64,000 nt of DNA from a bacterium (GCA_043810165.1 JBDROJ010000030.1:866-64865); one strand, 5' to 3'. Shown: positions 1 through 8,460, counted from the stretch's first letter. The notes: generated by a model not told the origin, from the sequence alone. Numbers and translations: made by a program.

Positions 1-2
1 AA

Positions 3-824
3 GATTACTTTGATATGTATATTGCCACTACAAGCGGACACTTTACTGCTGTTGGTGTAGATTCTGGTGAAACCTTTACCTTCGATGCCACTACTATCGG
101 TACTGCAGAAGCTGGTGAAATAGTCTTTGACAAGGATTTGAACGGTACTTTTGCTGAAGCTGCCGATGAAGGTGGTACAGCTTCTACCAGCAATTTCTAT
201 GTGGCCGGTTCAAGAATTAGCAATGTAGAATTGGTAAGCAGTTATGGCGGTGAAACCGTATCAACTGCTATCAATGGCACAGGTGTGGTTACCTTAGCCA
301 TATTAGCTATCACTACTGAAGCTAATAATAATACTGATGCTAATGGAGATGCATTAAAGCTTGCGTTGAATGAATTAAGATTTGACTTAACCAAGTTTGC
401 TTCCACTACATTAGGTGGTACAGCCACAGCTACTATCAAGAGAATAGGTAGTACTGCAAGTGCTTCTAACTTGACATATAATACCGCCTCTAGCACTACT
501 GAGACAACTGATACTTTATACTTGACTGCTGCAACTACGACTCTTGGTAACGATGCTTTGATTGAAGCAAATAAAACAGTTTACTTTGTGGTCAAGGGTG
601 AAATCAATAGTCTATCTGCTACAGCTAATATTATAAACTGGATTCAAGTTGGTCTTAGCGATATTAAAGGTACGGCTGGTTCAGCTGATGCCGATAATAA
701 TATTGACTGGTTTGATGGTTATGATAATATAAATACTGCTGCAGTAACCTTAGATTATGACTATTTATTGCTTGACACCACAAGTATCTCTGGTACTAAG
801 ATCTCTGCCCCAATTAACAACTAG
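3..824 (+). CDS. C-terminal part of a Thr/Ala/Gly-rich secreted or surface protein. It is 5'-partial: the frame is open to the window edge.
   Basis: ORF 15..824 with no in-frame stop upstream to nt 3. Low-complexity T/A/S/G-rich composition typical of surface proteins. No recognisable catalytic motif. Confidence 0.4.
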   Translation, partial: DYFDMYIATTSGHFTAVGVDSGETFTFDATTIGTAEAGEIVFDKDLNGTFAEAADEGGTASTSNFYVAGSRISNVELVSSYGGETVSTAINGTGVVTLAILAITTEANNNTDANGDALKLALNELRFDLTKFASTTLGGTATATIKRIGSTASASNLTYNTASSTTETTDTLYLTAATTTLGNDALIEANKTVYFVVKGEINSLSATANIINWIQVGLSDIKGTAGSADADNNIDWFDGYDNINTAAVTLDYDYLLLDTTSISGTKISAPINN

Positions 825-874
825 TATTAGTTGTTAATACCCCACGTTTTTCGATTGAACGCCAAAATCGAAAA

Positions 875-908
875 GACCCTCGGGCTTCGGCCTGGGGGTC
901 TTTGTTTT
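875..908 (+). terminator. Rho-independent terminator-like hairpin after the surface-protein gene
   Basis: aaaagaCCCTCGGGCttcgGCCTGGGGGTCtttgtttt: a GC-rich imperfect stem followed by a T-run. Confidence 0.5.
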
Positions 909-910
909 CT

Positions 911-1083
911 GTCATTGCAAGCGATTCACTGTCATTGCGAGGAAAACTCCTCCGCTCGCAATGACAATTATATTGACTTTTTAGGTAAAAAGCATTATAA
1001 TTTTTTTATGTCGTTGTGAATCTGTTCGTCAGAACAATCTTATCATTGCGAGGAGGAGCGAAGCGACGACGTGGCAATCTCGT
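911..1083. repeat. GTCATTGCGAG-family nested palindromic repeat (copy A, variant). It contains a promoter and an RBS that feed the GIY-YIG gene.
   Basis: gtcattgcaag(911), gtcattgcgagg(931), ctcgcaatgacaa(955) and atcattgcgaggaggagcgaagcgacgacgtggcaatctcgtgg(1042-1083). These share the core with copies at 1418, 22057, 26432, 35212, 40551, 55750, 57276 and 59304. Confidence 0.7.
973..1001 (+). promoter_or_regulatory. Near-consensus sigma70-type promoter inside the repeat element, upstream of the GIY-YIG gene
   Basis: TTGACT(973-978), a 17-nt spacer, then TATAAT(996-1001). An AGGAGG RBS follows at ~1088-1093, 9 nt before the ATG at 1103. Confidence 0.5.
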
Positions 1084-1102
1084 GGATTAAGGAGGGGTGA
1101 TT

Positions 1103-1408
1103 ATGAAAAAATACGAATACCATGTTTATATAATGACCAATAAACGTCATACCGTTTTATATACCGGAGTTACAGGTAATTTGTGTAGAAGGGGATTTGA
1201 GCACAAAAGTGGGGATAGCGATCATGAAAGTTTTACCAAAAGATACAATGTTTGTAAACTAGTTTATTATGAGAAATATGATGACATATACGATGCAATT
1301 GCTAGAGAAAAACAAATAAAAGCAGGTTCTAGAAAGAAAAAGATAGATTTGATACGCGGTATCAATCCACAGTGGGAAGATTTGTATGACGAGCTATTAC
1401 CTTTTTAA
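1103..1408 (+). CDS. Small stand-alone GIY-YIG nuclease (UPF0213/YhbQ-like)
   Basis: Motif YEYHVYIMTNKRHTVLYTGVTGNLCRRGFEHKSG matches the GIY-YIG core (Y..Y..YTG, R, E). About 100 aa. The ATG at 1103 is preferred over the GTG at 1097 because of the AGGAGG spacing. Confidence 0.7.
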   Translation: MKKYEYHVYIMTNKRHTVLYTGVTGNLCRRGFEHKSGDSDHESFTKRYNVCKLVYYEKYDDIYDAIAREKQIKAGSRKKKIDLIRGINPQWEDLYDELLPF

Positions 1409-1417
1409 GCTATATAC

Positions 1418-1570
1418 ATCATTGCGAGCGTAAGCGTGTTTGTCATTGCGAGGAGCGAAGCGACGAAGCAATCTCGTCTTTACAGAACCAACGAGATTGC
1501 GGAGTTTATCCTGAGCATAGCGAAGGACCTCTCGCAATGACAGGAACAGCACGCTTCTCGCAATGACAGG
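1418..1570. repeat. GTCATTGCGAG-family nested palindromic repeat (copy B)
   Basis: catcattgcgagcg, gtcattgcgaggagcgaagcgacgaagcaatctcgt, a central hairpin gcaatctcgtctttacagaaccaacgagattgc, then ctcgcaatgacagg twice. Confidence 0.8.
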
Positions 1571-1587
1571 AACAACAACAAAGTATT

Positions 1588-1659
1588 GGCCCGTTCGTCT
1601 AGTGGTTAGGACTTCGGCTTCTCAAGCCGGAAACAGGGGTTCAATTCCCCTACGGGCTA
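1588..1659 (+). tRNA. tRNA-Glu (anticodon CUC)
   Basis: Hand-folded cloverleaf. Acceptor GGCCCGT/ACGGGCT, D-stem GTCT/GGAC, anticodon stem TCGGC/GCCGG with loop TTCTCAA, T-arm AGGGG-TTCAATT-CCCCT, discriminator A. CCA is not encoded. Confidence 0.8.
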
Positions 1660-1669
1660 CAAATTTTAT

Positions 1670-1740
1670 TCGGGGATCGTCTAATGGTAGGACACCAGGT
1701 TCTGGTCCTGGGTATCGGGGTTCAAATCCTCGTCCCCGAG
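1670..1740 (+). tRNA. tRNA-Gln (anticodon CUG)
   Basis: Acceptor TCGGGGA/TCCCCGA, D-stem GTCT/GGAC, anticodon stem CCAGG/CCTGG with loop TTCTGGT, T-arm CGGGG-TTCAAAT-CCTCG, discriminator G. Confidence 0.8.
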
Positions 1741-3315
1741 CAAACAAGGATGAGCAGGCTCTAACAGGCCTGTTTTCCTGTAAGTAGAGCCATTTTTCAG
1801 GAGTTCTGAAGTTGCGTTTAGCTTGGGCATCCACTCAGAAAGAAAAGCAAAAGATTCTGTATATTCAACATTCAATTTTCCCTCAGTATTGATTGTCATT
1901 TCCTTGAAAATTCGTTGTATAAGGATTCTTTTTTCGTCAGTGGTAGCTTTTCTGCTGTTATACTTTTCTCGGGCTGTAAACGCCAAATTATGTATCTCAA
2001 CGCCTATCTTATAGAAGTTTCTAACCCTTTTATTTAACTTTTTTAGCTTGTCAGTGATTTCTTTTTGTTGTTTTGTAAATAGCTTAAATTTCTTATTATA
2101 ATATTCTTCGGATATTTTCTTATCCAATTTATCGTCATACATTGAATCTAGTCTATTTTCTAGTTTCTCAAATTCTTTATTAAGAGATTCTCTCGTCATT
2201 TTAGTATAGTCTTTTTTACCTTTTTTACTTTTTTTTAAAACATTTGTTATCCAATCCAAAACCTCCTTATTTAAAGGTTTTATTTTTTTCATCATTTCAT
2301 TTAATTTTTCCTCAATCTTTTCTTCTTTAATATATCCTTTACGGGAACACTCTTTATAACCACGGCAAGAGCCGTAATGGTGGCCTTTTTGTGTTTGCCA
2401 ACTAATAAGACAACCACACTCCTCACAACGGATTAAGCCTTTAAAAGTATGAAATTTTTTTCTATATTGTCCCGCTTTAAGTGGTCGGTCTAATTGTGAT
2501 TGAACTTTGTTAAATAAAGTTTCACTTACTATCGGTTCTTGTTTTCCTTTGTATTCTTCATTATTCCAAATAATATATCCGCAATAAAAAGGATCACGGA
2601 GTAAACGATGTACGACAGAATTCATTACTCTTTTACCATTAACACTTCTAAAACCGTCTTTATATAATTTTTCGGCTATTCTTTTGACAGTATAATTTCC
2701 TGTACTATAAAGCTTAAAAGCTTCTTTTATATAAGGGGTTACTTTAGTATCTTGTATATGGGTCTTATGTCCTTTTTCGCCGGTGGTAATATAACCAAAC
2801 TTATTTCCACAAGGTATCCAACCAGATTCAATTTTTGCTTTTTGTCCTTTTTTAACTTCCTCGCTTAAATTATTTGTATAGAACCGTGCAATAGCGACTT
2901 TCATATCCCAAACTAAATTTTCATGAGCCCTTGTGTTTCTACTTACAACAAAGTTTTCTTTTACAAAATGAACCTCTCTTTTTTCATCGCCATTTACCCA
3001 ATCACTAATAACAGCACCGTCTTTCAAGTTTCTTGTTAAACGATCTATTTTTTCACAAAGAATAAGATTAATTTTTCTTTTCTTAACATAGCCTAGCATT
3101 TCATTAAAAGTTTTTCTTATCTGTTTACCACTCGCACTTTCAGAAATTTTAAATATTTTAGAAATCACAAGATCATTTCGCATAGCATAACTACGCAAAA
3201 GTTTTTCTTGTGCTTCTAGAGAATACCCTCGGTCTTCCTGTTCTTTGCTTGAAACACGACAGTATAAAATACATCGATTGTCTTTTTCTTTTTCCATATT
3301 ATTTTTTGTTATCAT
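1681..3315 (-). CDS. Large serine recombinase (integrase) with N-terminal resolvase domain, recombinase domain, zinc ribbon and coiled coil. Its 3' end overlaps tRNA-Gln by ~60 nt.
   Basis: N-terminal CILYCRVSSKEQ (catalytic Ser of the resolvase fold) and ...DRLTRN. The zinc-ribbon CEECGC...HYGSC is followed by a Lys/Glu-rich coiled coil. The 544-aa size fits the large-serine-recombinase class. Position next to a tRNA is the classic integration signature. Confidence 0.85.
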   Translation of the reverse strand: MITKNNMEKEKDNRCILYCRVSSKEQEDRGYSLEAQEKLLRSYAMRNDLVISKIFKISESASGKQIRKTFNEMLGYVKKRKINLILCEKIDRLTRNLKDGAVISDWVNGDEKREVHFVKENFVVSRNTRAHENLVWDMKVAIARFYTNNLSEEVKKGQKAKIESGWIPCGNKFGYITTGEKGHKTHIQDTKVTPYIKEAFKLYSTGNYTVKRIAEKLYKDGFRSVNGKRVMNSVVHRLLRDPFYCGYIIWNNEEYKGKQEPIVSETLFNKVQSQLDRPLKAGQYRKKFHTFKGLIRCEECGCLISWQTQKGHHYGSCRGYKECSRKGYIKEEKIEEKLNEMMKKIKPLNKEVLDWITNVLKKSKKGKKDYTKMTRESLNKEFEKLENRLDSMYDDKLDKKISEEYYNKKFKLFTKQQKEITDKLKKLNKRVRNFYKIGVEIHNLAFTAREKYNSRKATTDEKRILIQRIFKEMTINTEGKLNVEYTESFAFLSEWMPKLNATSELLKNGSTYRKTGLLEPAHPCLLGDEDLNPDTQDQNLVSYH

Positions 3316-3466
3316 CTTGCATATTTTTTATACGCAATTCTTTAAGTATGGAGAAATAATCAACTAAGCCATTTGCTATTTCGGAAGCATTTTTAAAAGT
3401 TAATTCTTCCCCGTATTCCTCCTTTACAATTTGTTGAAATTCTTTGATTGATTCTTCGCTAAGCAT
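3299..3466 (-). CDS. Small hypothetical protein (~55 aa), paralog of 3634..3798. Possible regulator or recombination-directionality factor.
   Basis: The track ORF 3299..3520 trimmed to the internal Met MLSEESIKEFQQIVKEEYGEELTFKNASEIANGLVDYF. It aligns with MISEQDILKLQDIIKRNYGVELSFEETSKVANDWIAVF encoded at 3634..3798. Confidence 0.4.
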   Translation of the reverse strand: MLSEESIKEFQQIVKEEYGEELTFKNASEIANGLVDYFSILKELRIKNMQDDNKK

Positions 3467-3633
3467 ATAATTATATTTAAATACAAAAAGGGACGGTCGT
3501 TGCTTACCCAATTCAAACACTCAAAGAGTATTTTTATCGGAACGAACCGCCCCTTTCTGGCGACAAAATAATAAACTCCTTGAGTTAATTATTGAATTGA
3601 GTAAGCATATAAATTATAACACAAAACGGAATT

Positions 3634-3798
3634 TAATCAATTTTTTTCAAATTTCTCTCTGTAATCAATTTCAGCCAATACTTCAAAAACAGCAATCCAA
3701 TCATTTGCCACTTTTGAGGTTTCTTCAAAACTTAATTCAACACCATAGTTTCTTTTTATAATGTCTTGAAGTTTTAGGATGTCTTGTTCGCTTATCAT
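3634..3798 (-). CDS. Small hypothetical protein (~55 aa), not in the ORF track. Its start codon overlaps the Rep stop (ATGA).
   Basis: Manual translation of the minus strand gives MISEQDILKLQDIIKRNYGVELSFEETSKVANDWIAVFEVLAEIDYREKFEKN. It is paralogous to the 3299..3466 product. The Rep TGA and this ATG share bases, which implies translational coupling. Confidence 0.4.
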
Positions 3799-4577
3799 AT
3801 TGGCTTGAATAAGAGCGAACGATTAAGCACGCCGGTTTTAAATATTAGATCATCTAATCTGTATGCTTTATATTCAACTTCGCCGACCCACTCACTCTCA
3901 AAAGTTTTTTCAAAAGACGGTGTAAGTAAAGACAAAAACCTTTCAATAAATTTAGTGGCAAGCCAGCCCAATATTTCAATTGGATCTTTGAGTGTTTGTG
4001 AACGAAAGAATTTCTTTTTTCCAAAAGTTCTTTCGTCAAACATATCTTTACTAAGATATTTACAAACATAAGCCCCGATGTTGTCTACATCTTTTAAAGT
4101 TTTAATGTCTATATTTCCATGTCCCCAAGTTTCGTGTATCACACTAAAGTGAATAAAAGGCATATCACAAAGCAAGTGATAGTGAACTGCACCACGCTTT
4201 TGAAATTCGGGAATGGCTAAATATCTAAAATTAGGATATTTATAAGTCATCCTTTTTATAAACTGATTAAATAGATAATTAGCTTGTTTAAGATCTGTGA
4301 TGTTCTCGGCAAAGGTTAAAGTCATAAATTTGGTTAATTGCGGATTTGAGTTTATCAACCGTCGTATTTCTGTTCGTGTTCGATTGACTGAATATAATTG
4401 TTTTTGCTGTTGTTTTTTTATTCTTTCGAATATATCTAATTGTTTCGGCTCTTCATGAGTTTTTTCTTTTACGCTTTCTTGCGTCCTTTCAAAGTCCCGC
4501 CAGACGTTTTTCTTGTACTTGTAAACTTCAACATACTTGCCCGACACCACAACTCTTGTGTTGTAGGTAAAGGCCAT
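3795..4577 (-). CDS. Rolling-circle replication initiator (HUH endonuclease, Rep_trans/gpII-like)
   Basis: HUH motif GAVHYHLLCDMPF and a downstream catalytic-Tyr motif GAYVCKYLSKD (YxxK). About 260 aa, as expected for phage or plasmid RCR Rep proteins. Confidence 0.7.
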   Translation of the reverse strand: MAFTYNTRVVVSGKYVEVYKYKKNVWRDFERTQESVKEKTHEEPKQLDIFERIKKQQQKQLYSVNRTRTEIRRLINSNPQLTKFMTLTFAENITDLKQANYLFNQFIKRMTYKYPNFRYLAIPEFQKRGAVHYHLLCDMPFIHFSVIHETWGHGNIDIKTLKDVDNIGAYVCKYLSKDMFDERTFGKKKFFRSQTLKDPIEILGWLATKFIERFLSLLTPSFEKTFESEWVGEVEYKAYRLDDLIFKTGVLNRSLLFKPI

Positions 4578-4663
4578 AACAATTTTTCGTTAGATGTGTG
4601 GATATAATCAAGATTAATATGTAAGACTGTATTTTTGTTTCAAATTCCCTGTGCCAAGCAATC

Positions 4664-4698
4664 TTTTTTTCGTCGTCAGGCAGGCCGACGAAAAAAAA
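4664..4698. promoter_or_regulatory. Perfect hairpin flanked by a T7 run and an A8 run in the Rep-upstream intergenic region. Candidate origin or packaging hairpin, or a bidirectional terminator.
   Basis: tttttttCGTCGtcaggcaggcCGACGaaaaaaaa, lying between the divergent Rep gene (minus) and the ArdC-N-like gene (plus). Confidence 0.45.
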
Positions 4699-4879
4699 GA
4701 TATGCTTGCCTATCCAAGAAATTTAATTAACAAAGATTACCAGTAGTTTTTACCGTATCAGGGCTATTTAGTTTAGCGTCAGCTTTTCCCGAGTAAAGGT
4801 AGTTCAAAGACTCCACCTTGACTAAGGCAAGCTATCAGACGCTCATATTTAGCCTTGTCTAATACGGCGATAAACAGCC

Positions 4880-5227
4880 TTGTCGTATTGGTTTATTTAT
4901 TGGCTGTTTTTTAATTATATGGAAAAAATAATTTCCAATTGGACGGGTTCAGAATTTACTTCTGAGTATGTCCGTCGTCAGATTCTTACTCGCTGGGGCG
5001 AGGAAGAAGCGAACAATTACGATCCTAAGAGTAATTGTTTAACTTTTAACCGTTGGCTTAAAAACGGTTTTAAAGTTAAGAAAGGCGAAAAAGCCTTAAA
5101 GTCCTTTATTGTTATTGAACAAAAGGATCAATATGGCAAAGTTATTCGCCAATTACCGAAAAGAATAAGTCTTTTCTATGCTTGCCAAGTCGAGAAAATC
5201 GGCGAGGCAAAAAGTAGTGAATCCTAA
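4880..5227 (+). CDS. ArdC N-terminal-like ssDNA-binding domain protein (possible anti-restriction function). The real start may be the Met at ~4920.
   Basis: The segment ...LTFNRWLKNGFKVKKGEKALKSF... matches the conserved (F/W)xxWxxxGxxVxKGEK signature of the ArdC_N/DUF1738 family. It is the only plus-strand gene inside the prophage. Confidence 0.4.
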   Translation: MSYWFIYWLFFNYMEKIISNWTGSEFTSEYVRRQILTRWGEEEANNYDPKSNCLTFNRWLKNGFKVKKGEKALKSFIVIEQKDQYGKVIRQLPKRISLFYACQVEKIGEAKSSES

Positions 5228-5235
5228 CGGGTTCA

Positions 5236-5934
5236 CTACTTTTTTTGCTGTTTATGATACGGAGGGATGTTTTCATCCTTTGGAAGTAGTCCAGTATTGT
5301 CGTTTGAGTGTTCTTTAATATATTCTCGGTAATATGGAAATTCAGGGTACTTAATAAAGTTCACGGCTTCGTGCGTGTTGTAGCAATTGGCTTTAGTTTT
5401 GTTAAACAAAAATAATTTACGCTTTACCGCTCGTCGTCTTAGGTTGTCATCTTTTAAATCTTGCAATTCAAAATATGAAGCCATAAAGATAAAACGAAAT
5501 AGGTTTTTAACTTCTAAAAAGTGTTGTCCTAAATCTCGTATTCTTTTATCTATATTGCTTGTGTGTTGAACCCCTGCCCAAATATCAAGCGGGATAATAT
5601 TACCGTCTTTGTCTTTTTTAACATCATGTCTATGGGCGGAAAATTTTTGTTTTGCACTCGGAGGCATTTCTTGCCACTCACGAGAATCAAAATATCCCTG
5701 TGCCTCATCAATAAAAATCTGTCCGCCTTTGATAGATAACAGTTCGGGAATTTCAGACCAAAAATATACTTTACCTAAGTTTTCTTTTTTAAGTTTTTTC
5801 TTTTCTATGTATCCGCTAAAGTCTAGCTTCCAATTTGCATATACATCATAACCTTTCAAAAACATTTCAAGTGCCTTGTAAGTCATAAACAAAGTTTTGC
5901 CAGCTCCGGGTTTTCCTGTGATAATTGTGATCAT
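5236..5934 (-). CDS. Zot/pI-like P-loop ATPase (filamentous-phage assembly protein)
   Basis: N-terminal Walker A MITIITGKPGAGKTLFMTY and IFIDEAQ (Walker B-like). The Zot family is the hallmark inovirus morphogenesis ATPase. Position after pIII/pVI is as in the Ff phages. Confidence 0.65.
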   Translation of the reverse strand: MITIITGKPGAGKTLFMTYKALEMFLKGYDVYANWKLDFSGYIEKKKLKKENLGKVYFWSEIPELLSIKGGQIFIDEAQGYFDSREWQEMPPSAKQKFSAHRHDVKKDKDGNIIPLDIWAGVQHTSNIDKRIRDLGQHFLEVKNLFRFIFMASYFELQDLKDDNLRRRAVKRKLFLFNKTKANCYNTHEAVNFIKYPEFPYYREYIKEHSNDNTGLLPKDENIPPYHKQQKK

Positions 5935-5938
5935 ATTT

Positions 5939-6184
5939 TTAAGGCTTTAAAAATGTTACCATTTTGAGAACTAATGTAATGAGAAATAATGTCATTTCAA
6001 CAAAGAGAACTAAAAGAAGAATTTTGAATAATGAGAATAAAGGGAATATCAAATCTATCTTAGCAAGTGTAGGTGTCATAGTTGCAAACGCATTATTAAC
6101 GGCAGTTATAACCGAGTTATTAGGATCAGCTTCGGGTAAAAGTGAGAATATTTTTACCAAGATTGTTTCAATTAAACTAAGCAT
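5939..6184 (-). CDS. pVI-like small hydrophobic minor coat protein
   Basis: 81 aa and strongly hydrophobic (multiple TM). It lies between the pIII-like and Zot-like genes, the same order as gIII-gVI-gI in Ff. Confidence 0.4.
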   Translation of the reverse strand: MLSLIETILVKIFSLLPEADPNNSVITAVNNAFATMTPTLAKIDLIFPLFSLFKILLLVLFVEMTLFLITLVLKMVTFLKP

Positions 6185-6189
6185 AGTGG

Positions 6190-7932
6190 TTATTCGTTAT
6201 CGCTGAATAAATGAGTAATTCTAAATATCACATACACGGCGAAGATGAGCCACAAAATCGCCACAATATATGGTCTAATACCACTAGCAAAATATTTAAC
6301 CCTGCTATCGCTTGCCGAGAATATCTTAATGTCTAAGTCATACTCGCCGTCGCCTGATACAGATTTAAAAGTTATGTCTAAGTCATCATCATCGGGAGCA
6401 GTATATGTGCCGTTAAACATGTTATAAAATCCGTCGTGGAAAGCAAAGTAATAATTAAATACAATTTTACTTCTGAGTAATTCAACTAAACGAGGAAAGA
6501 AAAAATCAAAGTCATCGGAATTATAAATAAAATCAAGGTCTGATACATAAAGTCCGAATGGGTATTGTCTTGTCATTTCGCCGTCATCTGTAAGTTGTAC
6601 TACATAGTGAATTGAATCTGTTGAAGAAGCGGTTAAGTTTACTTGATAATTCCAAGTGTCTGCCATTTGGTCTAAAGCAATACTGTGATAACTACCATTA
6701 AGCAAATCGCCGTCGGAGTTATATTGTTTAATTGTGAAATTTAAGTTTGAGAGGGTTGAAGATGTTGGATATATAAAACCAAAAGTAAATAGACTTGAAG
6801 TTGTACCAGAGGGCAAAGTCAAAGCTGTGTCAAAAACTGGTGATTTAATTTTTATATCGTAATCGTCGTAATAATCAAAATTAAAATACCAGTCGTCGGG
6901 ATAACCCTCTATAATTTCAAGCGGTGATAAAGTTATATAGTCCATTAAGTCATCATAGTCCACGCAGTCGCCTGATACACTAGATATTTCTCGAGCAATA
7001 AGTCGGTGGTTTGTTGCTTCATGATAAAACTGACCGGAAAATTCATTATCTATGCAATCAACATTATAAGTAATATTTTCATAGCCTAGACAATCATTTG
7101 TAAAACCAATTCTATTTTCGCCCACAATCGGACAAGTTCCCGTTACAGTAATGTAGCTGTCATTTATTGCCGGACTATCATTATCATGGCTTGTTATCTC
7201 AAATGGAATAGTAATTGGATCAGCACTAAAAACTTTTACAAATATATCTGTTGATTCGCCACTGGTATATCTAGTCGCACCTTTGTAGTAATAAGCTTGA
7301 CCGTATGGGTAATTTTCACTTGAACCTAAATAATTTGAATTGTTATACATCGTTCTTAATACTGAGCCGGGTTCTCTGTCGTCGTTAGAGGAAATATTTA
7401 AAAGAGCAAAATAATTAGTGTTTGGAGAAACTGAAACAGGTTCGTCAAAGCTAAAATATGCCCATTTGTAATACAATCCGTCGTCTGTTCCACCCTCATC
7501 ACTTGCATAACAATTAACATCATAGTTAATCAATGCGTTTAATTCTTCGGCGGTAAATTCTTTTGAGGCTAAAGGACTTGAGCAACCAGAATACCAACCG
7601 TTTGTCGCTGAATCACACAAAGTTAAAGTTTTTGGTTCGGTAAAGTCGGTAAGACGACAAAGTTTAAATGCCACTGTACTAATTGCTTCCGTGTCGGCCG
7701 TGGTTATAAATTTTTGTCCGTGTCCCGTTTCGTTGCTCACTCGGATAAACCATGTATACCAATTTGAAGCCGGACCAAAATCTACGATGTCGCCTGTATA
7801 ACTATCTTCTGCCTTAGTTATTTGAGCAAACAACAACGATGTGAATAGAGATACTACTAACAATAATATTATTTTTAGTTTATTGTATTTTTTCATAGAC
7901 ATATCTGATTTTGGTACTAGTTTTTTCTTCAT
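6190..7932 (-). CDS. pIII-like adsorption or minor coat protein (secreted, with C-terminal membrane anchor)
   Basis: N-terminal signal peptide KIILLLVVSLFTSLLFAQITKA. Long Asp/Ser/Thr/Tyr-rich ectodomain. Single C-terminal TM PYIVAILWLIFAVYVIF followed by a short tail. Topology and position match g3p. Confidence 0.5.
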   Translation of the reverse strand: MKKKLVPKSDMSMKKYNKLKIILLLVVSLFTSLLFAQITKAEDSYTGDIVDFGPASNWYTWFIRVSNETGHGQKFITTADTEAISTVAFKLCRLTDFTEPKTLTLCDSATNGWYSGCSSPLASKEFTAEELNALINYDVNCYASDEGGTDDGLYYKWAYFSFDEPVSVSPNTNYFALLNISSNDDREPGSVLRTMYNNSNYLGSSENYPYGQAYYYKGATRYTSGESTDIFVKVFSADPITIPFEITSHDNDSPAINDSYITVTGTCPIVGENRIGFTNDCLGYENITYNVDCIDNEFSGQFYHEATNHRLIAREISSVSGDCVDYDDLMDYITLSPLEIIEGYPDDWYFNFDYYDDYDIKIKSPVFDTALTLPSGTTSSLFTFGFIYPTSSTLSNLNFTIKQYNSDGDLLNGSYHSIALDQMADTWNYQVNLTASSTDSIHYVVQLTDDGEMTRQYPFGLYVSDLDFIYNSDDFDFFFPRLVELLRSKIVFNYYFAFHDGFYNMFNGTYTAPDDDDLDITFKSVSGDGEYDLDIKIFSASDSRVKYFASGIRPYIVAILWLIFAVYVIFRITHLFSDNE

Positions 7933-8092
7933 CGTTGCTTAATTTTTTGAATAAAGAATTGATTACTTCAATTTCTTCCGGTTCTTCACGATATTCTTCA
8001 CTAAATTGCTGATCTGCCATAAAATCTTCTATACATTCGTAGAGAAAATTAAGTATAAAATTTCTTTCTTCTTGATTTATGTATATGCGCAT
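7880..8092 (-). CDS. Hypothetical acidic 70-aa protein. It overlaps the pIII-like start.
   Basis: ORF track only. Glu-rich. No motif recognised. Confidence 0.25.
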   Translation of the reverse strand: MRIYINQEERNFILNFLYECIEDFMADQQFSEEYREEPEEIEVINSLFKKLSNDEEKTSTKIRYVYEKIQ

Positions 8093-8190
8093 ATGTTTTA
8101 TTTTATTAGTTTAGATTTAAGAATTTTAATTCGTTATGCCTGTTAGCGGGGGCTTAGGCCATTTGAAAGCCAGCCCCCGCCAGACAAGTT

Positions 8191-8460
8191 CTATTTCATG
8201 AATCTGCGAGCTAAACGCCAAACGAAACCAATTGAAAAGATGATCACACCAACGATTACGATGTTTGCGATGTTAGCGGTTATTACACCGACAACATTTT
8301 CTTTCATCGTATCAACTACCATACCGGTAGTAGAGGCGACATCTGAATCCACGGCTGCGAAAGCATTAGTTCCAGCCAATAATCCACCGGCAACAGCTAG
8401 GCTGAAAGCGGTAATTTTGGCTTTAGATCCAGTCAATAAACTTTTGATTTTGCTAATCAT
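8191..8460 (-). CDS. Major coat protein (g8p-like)
   Basis: 89 aa. Signal peptide ...LLAGTNAFA|AVDSD. The mature ~52-aa peptide has an acidic N-terminus, a hydrophobic core IVIVGVIIFSIGFV and a basic C-terminus WRLARRFMK. This is the canonical inovirus coat architecture. Confidence 0.7.
   Translation of the reverse strand: MISKIKSLLTGSKAKITAFSLAVAGGLLAGTNAFAAVDSDVASTTGMVVDTMKENVVGVITANIANIVIVGVIIFSIGFVWRLARRFMK

Noticed and set aside
5-193. Minus-strand 62-aa ORF
   Set aside because: Antisense shadow inside the open plus-strand surface-protein frame.
831-1019. 62-aa plus-strand ORF
   Set aside because: It lies entirely across repeat copy A and the promoter. Low-complexity translation of a palindromic repeat.
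1563-1834. ORFs 1563..1787 (plus) and 1622..1834 (minus)
   Set aside because: They run straight through tRNA-Glu and tRNA-Gln. These are spurious translations of tRNA genes.
3784-4071. ORFs 3784..4071 (plus) and 3854..4069 (minus)
   Set aside because: Alternative-frame shadows inside the Rep gene (3795..4577 minus), which has the HUH motif.
5387-6206. Plus-strand ORFs 5387..5569, 5609..5851, 5964..6206
   Set aside because: Antisense to the Zot-like and pVI-like genes.
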